From: the human T2T-CHM13v2.0 reference genome, Homo sapiens
Assembly (NCBI RefSeq): GCF_009914755.1
Contig: NC_060944.1
Length of the DNA stretch: 64,000 nt
Strand: one strand, 5' to 3'
Under the pieces are notes generated by a model. It was not told the DNA's origin. It ran no database searches and was given only the letters and a program-made list of their open reading frames with translations. The translations under genes and the position numbers were made by a program. Position 1 is the stretch's first letter. The number at the start of each line of letters is the position of its first letter. Shown in pieces: positions 1 through 15,705 of this stretch.

Positions 1-189
1 GGGAAATCTCTGTCCCTTCTGTTTAATTTTGCTATGGACATAAAATTCATCTAAAAATGAAGTCTATTCATAAAAGAGAAAATTAGGAAAATTTTGCAAT
101 GTTTTACTTGCCCCTCGCCCTGCTTTCCTCCCTGGCTCTTCAGCAGTCTCAAAGCCTACATTCACAGCATGGGATGCAATTATGACAGA

Positions 190-2640
<2,451 letters not shown>

Positions 2641-2699
2641 GAATGAATTGAGATAAATATCACCTTTATATGAGCTAAAAGCCAAAGAACACACATTTG

Positions 2700-3930
2700 C
2701 CTCAACTGCACTTTTCTTCTGTAAGTAAGACCAAATTAAATGTAGCTAGGGAGCATTTATGAAAATGAGCTTGAATCGCCTGTGTTCTCAAAAGAATCTT
2801 CAAAAGGATTCAAAAGTACTTAAGATGCTCAAAACTTCAAAGATCTTAGAATTTCTCTTATTGGGAGTTATAAGCAATTATAGTGAATCAAAGCAGTATT
2901 TGTGTAAATGAGCCCATAGCCATACATGTTCTCAAAGAACCTTCTCGTTGCTAGTCAAATCAAAGTAAGATGAATCCAGTCAGTATTTGTAAAAATAAGC
3001 AGTCTAATTTAAAGCTCAATATTATATATATCTTTTAAAAAATTTTTGTAAGACTAATACTGTGTGTTTAATGAATTAGAAGCCAAAGCAGGCCAGGCAT
3101 GGTGGCTCACGTCTGTAGTTCCAGCACTTTGGGAGGCCAAGGCAGGCAGATCACTTGAAGCCAGGAGTTGAAGACCAGCCTGGCTAATATGGCGAAACCC
3201 CATCTCTACTAAGAATATTAATACAAAAATTTAGCCAAATTTGGTGGCATGCACCCATAGTCCCAGCTACTCAAGAGGCTGAGGCACGAGAATTGCTTGA
3301 ACTCAGGAGGCGGAGGTTGCAGTGAGCCAAGTGAGCTGAGATTGCACCACTGCACTGCACTCCAGCCTGGGTGACAGAGCGAGACATTGTATCAAAAAAA
3401 AAAAAGAAGAAGAAGAAGAAAGAAGAAGGAAGGAAGGAGAAGAAGGAAGGAAGGAGAAGGAAGAAGAAGAAAGAGAAGAAGAAGCCAAATCAGAAAAAGA
3501 AAGGAAAAAAAGACTAATACTGCAGTGTTAGTAAACACAAGTTCAGACATTTTACTAGATTTACTGCTGATTAGAATACATTGATATTAATGTAAACTTT
3601 AAACAAACCAGGTGAGAAAGACACCTTCGTCTTATTATTTGTCAGAGCTATTTATGATATTTGTGAAAATGAGTTCTGAATCCCATATTGGTTTTTTTTC
3701 TTTTTTAGCCTCAATATATTACCACATTAAGAATCCCATATTGTTCTTAATAAATTTACAAATGTAGTCAGAAGCATTCAAAATATGTATTGTTATATGG
3801 AGGAATTACAATGACTCAGCAGGATTTGTGAAATCAGCTCAGAATTGTTCTCCAAAGAATCTTAACAAATATTCCAAAAAATATTCCAAAAGCATTCAAA
3901 AGTACTCCAACTCTAACTTCTTTTTTGAAC
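2700..3930 (-). repeat. Degenerate AT-rich tandem repeat (unit ~70-80 bp), unassigned family
   Basis: Recurrent aagcagtatt / gaaatcagctcagaat / gttctcaaag motifs. 2861-2980 is similar to 6721-6835. Confidence 0.55.
3091..3483 (+). mobile_element. AluS with an expanded GAA/GGAA-rich tail
   Basis: Full Alu. Tail ~3392-3483. Flanking near-direct repeat gaagccaaa(g/t)ca. Confidence 0.9.
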
Positions 3931-4199
3931 TACTACTGCTAAATAGATAACTAGTGATAACTTGAGACACATGTATGTCCTGGAGCTTCTCTTTTACATA
4001 CTGTAGTTATTCTAATTATGTCTAGTTACCTAGTTAGTATGGGTTATCTTGTTATCTCTACTTGTCAGTAGTTCTTACTAGTTATATGAACAAGAAATAA
4101 GCTGTAGTTAACAGAAATGTATGGTTGAGGGTCTTTGCTTAACCCTTACCCTTGACTTTGATCTTGGGCATGAACTTCAACCTTAGACTTCGAGGTTCA

Positions 4200-5335
4200 A
4201 CATGAGAGTGAGAGACAGGCTCAGGTGATGGTACCAGAGTGAGCATCACACAGTCAGGGCGATGATCCGTATCTGCATCATCAGGAGGATTGGAGTAAGG
4301 ATGAGTGTCAGGGTCAGCGGCTGTGAAAGGAGGAGGGGAGTCAGACTCAGAGTGAGATTGAGGGTCAAGGTCAGAGTCAGAAAGGGGTGAATGTGAGGGT
4401 GAATGTCAGGGCCAGATTGAAAGTGAGAGTGATGGTCAGATTGAGGTGATGAAGTGAGAATGGGGGCTAGGGTGAGGGTGAGGTTGAGAATTAGGGTGAT
4501 GATCAAGGTTGGGGTTTGGGAGAGAGCAGGCTGAGTGTTTGGTTCAGGTCGGAATCAAGGTGAGGATGAGAGTCGGGGTCACAGAGATGTTAAGGATGTG
4601 ATTTAGAAGCCAAATGTCCTGGTGCATGCCTGTAATCCCAACTACTCAGGAGGCTGAGGATTGCTTGAGTCCAACAATTAGAGGCCAGCCTGGGCAATGG
4701 AGCGAGACCCTGTCTTCAAAAAGGGAGGGGATTGTGATTTAGGGTAAAGGTGGGGCCAGAGTGATGCTGTGAGGGTCAGAGTCACTGTTAATGTCAGGCT
4801 GAGGGTGAGGGTTAGTGTTTGATTTAGGATCAGAGTAGGTCCCAGTGAGGATTAAAGTCAGAGTGAGAGCAAGTGCACAGTGAGTGTGAGCGTGGGCATG
4901 AGAGTGAGATCAAGGTCAGTGTCAAAGTAAGAGTCCATCTGAGGAATAAACTCAGAGTGAGGATGAGTGAGCAGGGTAGGGTCAGGACAACAGTGATGAT
5001 GAGGGTCTGGTTTAGCGTCAAGGGCAAGTGTCAAGATGAAACTGAGGGTCAGGGTGAAGGTGAGAGTGAGGGAGAGTGAGGTCTAGCTGAGGATGAAAGG
5101 GAGATTGAGAAAGAGAGAGTCAAGTGCAATTCAGGTCCAGTGTATGAGGCTTAGGTCAGGTTTAAGGCAAGGGTTGGGATAAGGGTTATGATCACATTGA
5201 GGGTCAGGTTGAGGATAAAGGTCAGGCTCAAGGCCAGAAAGTGTTAGGGTAAAGGTGGGCGTGAGGTTCAGGGTCAAGGAGAAGATGAGAGTGAGTTGAC
5301 ATTGAGGATGTCCTTCATGATTAGTGTCACTGTCA
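4200..5335 (+). repeat. Degenerate G-rich hexamer array (TGAGGG/TCAGGG/TGAGAG-like) with an Alu monomer at ~4617-4722
   Basis: Runs such as gggtgagggtgaggttgag and gagggtcagggtgaagg. Gives the spurious LTLTL ORFs. Confidence 0.7.
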
Positions 5336-5344
5336 CGGTCATTA

Positions 5345-5880
5345 CTTTTTGTGACTTACAACAAATCTGGATGAACCTAGTCAATTTAAGTCAGAATCAT
5401 ACATTCATATCTAAGGTAACTCACTATGGTGAATTCAATCAGATGTATATGAAAGTAAGCAGAATACTTGAAAACAGCAAACCATGCTTCCAACTAAGGT
5501 TCAAGTCCAGGTTTGGGAATATTTCAAATGATATGTTTCATTGTGCATTAGAGCATATTTAAATGAAACCAAGCTGTTTATGTCAAACGAGCTCAGAATC
5601 TATCATTCTTCCTGAATGAGACTGAGTGCTCCAGAGAAATAGAAGCAACAGAATTTGTATGTGTTTATGTATTTGTATATGTATATGTATACACACACAC
5701 AGGTATATATACAAATCTACACACACATATATACACATTCAGCCAATGTATATGTGTGTATATATATACACACATATATAGCTATGTATATGTATATATA
5801 TACACACATATACATATACCAGGAGAGCCGATGGTGCAGTTCCAGTCCAAAGGGGCAGCCTGCTGAAGAATTCCCTCTGG
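5345..5880 (+). repeat. Left arm of local inverted duplication (AT-rich segment plus MLT2-like LTR fragment with TA/CA microsatellite)
   Basis: Reverse complement of ~7850-8303, e.g. 5551-5620 vs 8043-8112. Confidence 0.85.
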
Positions 5881-5881
5881 T

Positions 5882-6705
<824 letters not shown>

Positions 6706-7165
6706 TCAAAGATTTATTTCTATTTGGGAGAATTATAATGAATCAAAAGCAGTATTCGTGTAAATGAGCTCATTGTCACATTGCTCTTAAAAGATCCTTC
6801 TTATTGCCAGTTAGAGCAAATTAAGTAGAATCTAGAATTCTGAAGCCAACATAGAATCACTAACTGTTGTCAAATAATCTTTTGTACTCCAAAGTACTCC
6901 AAAATACACAATAGTACTCACAAGTGCCAGACTCTAACTTCTGATTTCTAAATAGCTACCCCTCCGGTTCCACACTCACTCACAACCTACAACCCTCCCT
7001 TACAGACACTACCTTCCAACATACCACATGCTCTCAGCCCCGTGTCCACTTCCCTACACCACTTGCTTCACATCCACTCAATACCTATGCTCTGACAATC
7101 ACCCACACACCACCTACCTCTCCCCTGTAAACCATTCAGTGCCTACCCTTGCAGCCCACACCCAC

Positions 7166-7529
7166 TGATAATGGTTTGGCTCTGTGTTCCTACCCAAATC
7201 TCATCTCGAATTGTAATCCCCACATGTCAGGGGAGGGACCTGGTGGAAGGCGATTGGCTCATGGGGGTGGTTTCATCCATGCTGTCCTCATGATAGTGAG
7301 TTCTCACAAGATCTGATGGTTTAAAAGTGTTTGGCAGTTCCCTGCCCCCCTCTCTCTTTCCTGCCATCGTGTAAGACATGCCTTGCTTCCCCTTCACCTT
7401 CCACCATGATTGTAAGTTTCCTGAGGCCTACCCAGCCATGTGCAACTGTGAGTCAATTAAACCTCTTTCCTTTTTAAATTACCCAGTCTTGGGTAGTTCT
7501 TTATAGTAGTGTGAAAATGGACTAATCCA
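7166..7529 (+). mobile_element. THE1 (THE1D-like) solo LTR, MaLR
   Basis: tgataatggtttggctctgtg...gtgtgaaaatggactaatcca. 5-bp flanks cccac/cccat are consistent with a TSD. Confidence 0.85.
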
Positions 7530-7849
7530 CCCATTCACTACTTTCTGACCCATACTCATTCTCTACTTACTCCCTCAAATACCCCGTGACCTACCCCACA
7601 TTACATACCAACTCACTACCCACACCCTGCCACAGACTCCTTTACTACGCTCTCATAATGATTCTGACACTGACACCCTAATCCTGACTGTGACACTGAC
7701 TCTCCCTCTGACCCTGTACCTCCAGCTCACTCTCACACTCACTCTGGTCCTAACCATGAACCTGACCTTCACACTCACACTGACTCTGGACTTCGCCTTC
7801 AGATTTGCCTCACCTCACTGAATAGAACAAAAAGACCAGCCTCCTTGAA

Positions 7850-8303
7850 CAAGAGGAAATTCTTCAGCAGACTGCCTTTAGACTGGAACTGCACCATTGG
7901 CTCCCCTGGGGCTCCAGCCTGCCAGCCTCCATAATTGTGTGAAGCAATTCCTTATACTAAATCTCCATATGTGTGTGTGCATGTGTGTGTATACGCATAT
8001 ACATACACATTCTATTGGTTCTGTTTCTCTGGAGAACCCTGACTCATTCAGGAAAAATGATAGATTCTGAACTCATTTGACATAAACAGCTTGGTTTCAT
8101 CTAAATATGCTCTAACACACAATGGACATTTCATTTGAGATGTTCCTGAACCTGGACCTGAACCTTAGTTGAAAGTGTGATTTCCTGCCTGTTTTCAACT
8201 GTTCTGTTTAGTTTCACATATATTTAATTGAATTCACCATAGGGAGATGACTCTGATTTAAATTGCCTAGGTTCATCCTAATTTGTTGTAAGTCACAAAA
8301 AAA
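7850..8303 (-). repeat. Right arm of local inverted duplication (MLT2-like LTR fragment plus AT-rich segment)
   Basis: tctattggttctgtttctctggagaaccctgact is an MLT2 terminus. The adjacent non-LTR sequence mirrors 5345-5620. Confidence 0.85.
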
Positions 8304-8304
8304 T

Positions 8305-9040
8305 AAGGAAATTTAGAGAACAAGGTGTGATTGTAAGATTATTTTCTCTAATACTGCTTAGATTCATGTAATTTGGCTCTAAGTTATTTTTATCTGCTCT
8401 ATCTGACCATTTCACACTTATTAAGAGGGGAGAGTCTGTTTCTTAGCTTGTTTACTGCTTGGTTGTACATAGTTTAATCTATATTTCTACTAATTCAACA
8501 TAATAGAGTACTTTGGAGGATAATGACTGCTTCTGAGCTAAGTTTCACTAATACTGCTTAGATTCACCTTAATTTAATGCACTTTAAGATTCTATGTTTG
8601 TATTCTACATGCACTTTATGAGCTAGTTTGTATATACTATGAAGTTTATATATCATTTATTAAATGTATAAATTTCATTTATAATGGATGAGTGATTTTG
8701 AACTTGACTTCCTTTATATCACCTAATTTATGTGCTACTAGCCAGGCGTGGTACCTCACATCTATAATCCCAGCACTTTAGGAGGCCAAGGTGGGAGGAT
8801 CTCTTGAGCCCAGAGGTTAGAGATCAGCCTGGACAACATGGCAAGACCCCGTCTCTATTAAAAAGAAATAATTTTTTAAATTAAAATATGTGCTACCTAT
8901 GCCTAGCTACATTTTAATTATTCCTAAGAGCCTACAATCGCTTTTCAGAACAATGTCTGATTCTGAGCTTGTTCATTAATATACTGCTTATTTTATTTTA
9001 TTTTATTTTACTAGATATGCTCTAACTCATCTTAAAGAGG
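8305..9040 (+). repeat. Degenerate AT-rich tandem repeat, same family as 2700-3930 but opposite strand; Alu monomer at ~8739-8870
   Basis: taatactgcttagattca at ~8349 and ~8549; gtgattttgaacttg; tgattctgagcttg. Confidence 0.6.
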
Positions 9041-9041
9041 A

Positions 9042-10225
9042 GAATCAGTGGGAAATGGGTCTGGGAAGATCATTGGTCAGCTCTGGTCCCAGAAACTTGG
9101 GCAGGCACCCCCTGTAAAGCACTTGTGAACATGGGGACTCGTCTTCTACGCCGAAAAGTGGTGACTCACACCATAGGCAAGTGGCAGATATTCAGCCTCT
9201 GGAAGAGAATATTGGGGACAGTTGCTGGCAGCACAGGTTGGCACTTGGACTCTGAAACAAAAAATGGGGACTTCACTTCTGGAGGGAGAGGTGGGGACAC
9301 AGCCCCAGGGCAAGGGGAGGGGACTTAGCTTCTTGGGGGAGATGCAGGGAGGAAGCTTCTGGAGTGGGAAGTCTTTAATGAGTGGCATGGATTTAGTCTG
9401 TAGAACTGAAACCAAAACTCATCTTTTAGAAGGGATAAGTGTAGACTTAGCCTTTGGGACAAGTGGTGAGGACATAGCATCTGGAAGGAGAAGCAAGAAT
9501 GTAGCCTCTGCTGAGGGAAATGAACGTGTAATCTCTGGGGCAAAAGATAGGTACTTAACCTCTGGCGTTGAAATCCAGACCCAGCCTCTGGAAGAAGAGT
9601 GGACTTACCCCCTGGGCAGATGGTGGAAACCTTGCTTATGGTACAAGCATTGGGAACTTAGCCACTGGAGTCATAATCAGGGCAGGCATAGACTCTGGGG
9701 CAGAAAGTGGAAACTTCACCTCTGGGGTGAACAGTGGGGGCTTCTTCTCTGGAGTCAGATGGGGACTCAGCATTGGGAAGAATACGGTGGACTTTTTATA
9801 TTCTGGAGACAGAAGTAGCCTTTAGGGAGAGAGGTAGAGATAGCCTGTGGAGCCCAAATCCAGATGTAGCCTCTGGAGGGAGAAGTAGGGCCCTCACCTG
9901 ATGGGAGACCTCTGGGGACTCAGCTTCCAGCTCTAGAAGCAGAGACCTAGACTCAGGTGTGGGTAGTGGGATGTAGTCTCTGAGGCAAGAGATGACTTCT
10001 GCAGTCAGAATTGGGGCTCAGCCTCCGGAGAGGGAAGTGTGGACCTAGCCAGTGGGTATATGGTGGAAACTTAGCCTTTGGATGGAGAAGTAGGATCTTA
10101 GTCTCTAGCTTCTGTGTGGGGAGTGGGGATTTAGCTTCTGAAATGGAAGATGGGGTCTTAGCCTCTGAAGCTGAAAATCTGGACTCAGCTTCTGGAGGGA
10201 AAAGCTGGGACATAGACGTGGGTGG
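9042..10225 (+). repeat. Degenerate ~26-27 bp G-rich minisatellite (consensus ~TTAGCCTCTGGAGGGAGAAGTGGGGAC), CpG-depleted
   Basis: Units readable by eye: tagcctctggagggagaagtagggcc, ttagcctttggatggagaagtaggatc, tcagcttctggagggaaaagctgggac. Confidence 0.7.
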
Positions 10226-10276
10226 TCGCGGTCAAAATCAATTTCTCAAAAGCGGCCTTTATGCCAGGCCGGAGGG

Positions 10277-10291
10277 GCTCCCCCTAGCGAG
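10277..10291 (-). promoter_or_regulatory. CTCF-like motif
   Basis: Minus strand CTCGCTAGGGGGAGC, within a small patch of retained CpGs (10215-10325). Confidence 0.4.
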
Positions 10292-10329
10292 TGAGGGAAG
10301 CAGGACACTTTGAAACGAATGCGTTTCTC

Positions 10330-11050
10330 AGCTTCTTTGCACATGTAAAGTTACAAAGCACTTAAGAAGCATGTAAGGTTTGTTTAAAATGAATAAGTTA
10401 TTTTGAGCTTGATTTAACATAAACTCTTAGATATACTCTAAGTTACTCTAAGAAGGTCCTTTTGAGAATGCTTGAGTCTACACTTGTTTTAATATCAACT
10501 GTTACATATGAATTATCTCTAAGGAGCAATAAAAGTGTGGTGTAAAATGAATGAGTAATTTTGAGCTTGATTTCACCTAAAATGCTTAGTACTGACTACA
10601 TGGAGTCTAATTCCACATAACAAGTTAGGTTAAGGACATATTCCTTAATACTGCTTAGATTTATCTAAATTGGTTCTAACTCATTTTATTTAGTTTCTCA
10701 CCATTAGAAGTTTCCTTAGAGGGGAATGTCTGATTCTTAGCTTGTTTGCAAACACTCTACTTGTTTGTAAACATACATTTTTATTTCAACATAATAAGGT
10801 ACTTTGGAGTTACCTTAGACGTGACGCAACCTGTTTTTATTTAACCTACTTCATTTGCTCAAACTTACAAAAAGATTACTTAGTTGGAGATAAGTCTTTC
10901 TGAGCCAGTTTGTTCGTCTGTCTTTCTGAGCTAACGTACTGTGTAGTTCACAATAAGTCAATCTGGCTCAGTTTCAATTTTAACATAAGCTGCTTAATTA
11001 CATTTATATTTACTCCGACTCATAATAAGAAGTTACTTTTAAGATCAAAG
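10330..11050 (+). repeat. Degenerate AT-rich tandem repeat (same family as 8305-9040)
   Basis: aaaatgaat(a/g)agt(t/a)attttgagcttgattt at ~10385 and ~10543. 10646-10810 parallels 8349-8518. Confidence 0.6.
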
Positions 11051-11279
11051 TGTGAGGTCAGGCATGGTGGCTCACGCCTGTAATCCCAATACTTTGGGAG
11101 GCCAAGGCAGGTGGATAGCTTGAGCTCAGGAGCTCGAGACCAGCCTGGGCAACATGGCAAAACCCTGTCTCTACAAAAGACACAAAAAAATTAGCCAGGT
11201 GTAGTAGCTTGTGCCTGTAGACCCAGCTACTTGGGAGGCTGAGGTGGGAGGATCGCTTGAGCCTGGGAGGCAGAGGTTG

Positions 11280-12424
<1,145 letters not shown>

Positions 12425-12431
12425 TAGGATA

Positions 12432-12700
12432 GCTGGTGTGGCCCACTCCCATAATCCCATCACTTTGGGAGGCCTAGGCAGGAGGATCCCTTGAGCCCAG
12501 GAGTTCAAGACCAGACTGGGCAACATAGTAAGACCCTGTCTCTCTACAAAATAAAATTAGCTGGGCATGGTAGCACACACCTGTGCTCCTAGCTACTTGG
12601 GAGGCTTAGGATCTGCTTGAGCTGGGGAGGTCGAGGCTGCAGTGAGGCATGATCATACCACTGCACTCCAGCCTGGGGGACAAAGGGAGACCCTGCCTCA
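12432..12700 (+). mobile_element. Alu (J-like)
   Basis: Diverged dimeric Alu. Confidence 0.85.
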
Positions 12701-12844
12701 GAGAGAGACAGATAAATTATACTGCTTAAATTCATCTCAAGTCGCTCTAACTCACAACAAATGCTTACCCTGGCAGAGAACGTGTGATTTTGAGGTTGCT
12801 TTCACACATACCTGCTAGTGTCCACTAGGTCTCCACTTCTTACC

Positions 12845-13945
12845 GTGAGGCTGGGTTTCGCGTTCTGGTTCCAGGCTGTCCCCCCACTGCCTGCCCCTGC
12901 CCCGAATCGCAGGTTTTGCCGCAATGGCAAGTCCCAACTTGGCCAACAGGGGGCGCCCGCCCGAACCGCCAGGACCGAGACTCGCGAGCTTCCGGGCCCA
13001 GTTCCTCAGATTCAGCGCGGGGGAGAGCTGCGGGCCCCGCCGGGGGAGCCCAGGGGGCCTTCGCAGAGGATCTGGAGGCCTTTCAGAAAGGAAGCCAGGT
13101 GCAGGGACGACCCGAAGCCCGGACCCCAGCCCCGGCGCTGCAACAGGCCCGCCCTCCCTGCCTTGGCCCTTCCCTCTTACTATTTTTATTTTGAGCGAGA
13201 GTCTCGCTGTGTCACCCAGGCTGGTCTCGAACTCCCCCTCCCAAAGTGCTGGGATCACAGGCGTGAGCCACCGCGCCCGCTGGCTCCCGATCTTCCGCGG
13301 GGCCCAGACGCCAAGGTCCCGGCTCTCCATTCGAAAGCGGAGTCCCCCTCTCCGGAGTCGAATGGAATCCCCGCTTCCCGGCTTCCCGCTCCTGAGGCTT
13401 AGTCCCCGCCTCTCCCCGAGGGGCTCAGCCCCGCTGTTTCCTCCAGAGGCGGATCCCGCAGTTTTCCCCCCAGAAAAGGAATTCAGCATTTTTTATCCTA
13501 GGTCTAACCCGGCCTTCCGCTCCAAGACTAAGTGATGGTCTACGCCGCCGGCGGCCGAATCCCCACCCGCCCTACCAGAGGCTAAGCCCCCACCTCGCGC
13601 TTAAGGGAACGAGTCCCGATCTGTCGCCGTAGTGCCGCCCCAGGCTGCCGGCCGCCGAGTCCCCGTTCCCTCCGCACCCGCCACCCCGCGTAGGCTGACT
13701 CCCCGCTTGCCGCCCCAAACCGAAGTCCCAATTTTTAGCTTCAGTGGCCTCAGAGACCTGACTTTTCCAAGCTTCCATAGGAAGGTGAGGATGGAGAGCA
13801 TCTGGCATCCGGAGCCCCTGTCCCTCGGCACAGCCCCGAGGCCTCCGGGGGGTCGGGGGAAAGGGTTCGGGGACCGCAGGGGCGATGAAGCCCCAAACCC
13901 TGAGCCATTCTCCGTGCTTCTGGCCTTAGAGGGACTTGCGCACAC
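12845..13945 (-). promoter_or_regulatory. ZNF343: CpG island; probable distal promoter / non-coding first exon of ZNF343
   Basis: Dense CpG and GC boxes. Minus-strand donor-like sites just downstream (ACG|GTAAGA at 12844/12843; AGG|GTAAGC near 12768). The gene assignment rests on my knowledge of gene order upstream of TMC2; no ZNF coding sequence is in the window. Confidence 0.5.
12940..12958 (+). promoter_or_regulatory. CTCF motif
   Basis: TGGCCAACAGGGGGCGCCC, a near-perfect match to the CTCF core TGGCCACCAGGGGGCGC. Confidence 0.65.
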
Positions 13946-13977
13946 ATGGCTGAGAATATTAACCAGAAAGGTGTTAC

Positions 13978-14945
<968 letters not shown>

Positions 14946-15468
14946 TTACCAAAAAGGAAAATGTAAGCTGTAATCACAGTCAGCACCAAATTCAAAAAAC
15001 TTAATGAAACAGTCACCTGTGAAAACCAGAGACAGATGTGTGAATATACTAAAAAACACAGAATTGTTCACTTTAAAAGGGTAAATTTTGTAGTATGGTC
15101 ATTATACCTCCATGAAGCTGTTCTTAAACAAAAAAGACTAGTTAGACCTCAGGTTTTCCCACTTCAGCAGATTCAAAGTTGGCTCTTTAAGATGCTGGCA
15201 TGGTGGAAAGCACTGGGCTGAGGGGTCTTAGACACAGCCAAGGGCAAGATGAGAACCCATATGAAAACAAGAGAACCGGGTGAAAATTCGCCTCCTGATG
15301 AGCGGCACTCCGAGCCACCTTCTCTTCCTCAGCTCCCACACTGGCAGCCAAGGTGTGTTCTCTGGGAAAATGGGAAGATTTTTCTCTGGGAATTCTGCCC
15401 TGCCCAGAAGAAAAGGCCCATAAACACTGGGAGTGGGAATCTCTTATCCCTGCCTCATCACCCTACAG

Positions 15469-15705
15469 CAGTGGGTCTCAAACTTGAGGGACACCCCCCA
15501 CCCCTGCCGCACCTTCTCCTGGTACATTTAACAGTGCCTGGAGATGCTGTGGGTTATCTCACCTGGCAGCAAGTGGGTGTTACAGGTATCTATCACACAG
15601 AGGCCAAGGATGCTGCTGAACATCTTACAACTCAAAAGACAGCTCTCACACAACGAAGAAATAACTGGTCCAAAATATCACTAATGCTGAGATTGAGAAA
15701 CACTG
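15469..15705. mobile_element. MER20 hAT DNA transposon
   Basis: Termini cagtgggtctcaa / ttgagaaacactg. Internal gaggccaaggatgctgctgaacatc. Confidence 0.75.

Noticed and set aside
4246-5079. ORFs with LTLTL / VRVRV periodicity
   Set aside because: These are translations of the degenerate hexamer array, with no splice or protein-family support.
9222-9818. 198-aa ORF and neighbours
   Set aside because: It lies in the G-rich 26-27 bp minisatellite, starts at a non-ATG codon, and has no recognisable domain.
8305-11050. Repeat-spacer appearance reminiscent of a CRISPR array
   Set aside because: This is eukaryotic DNA. The repeats are degenerate and irregularly spaced, the spacers are related to each other, and there are no cas genes.
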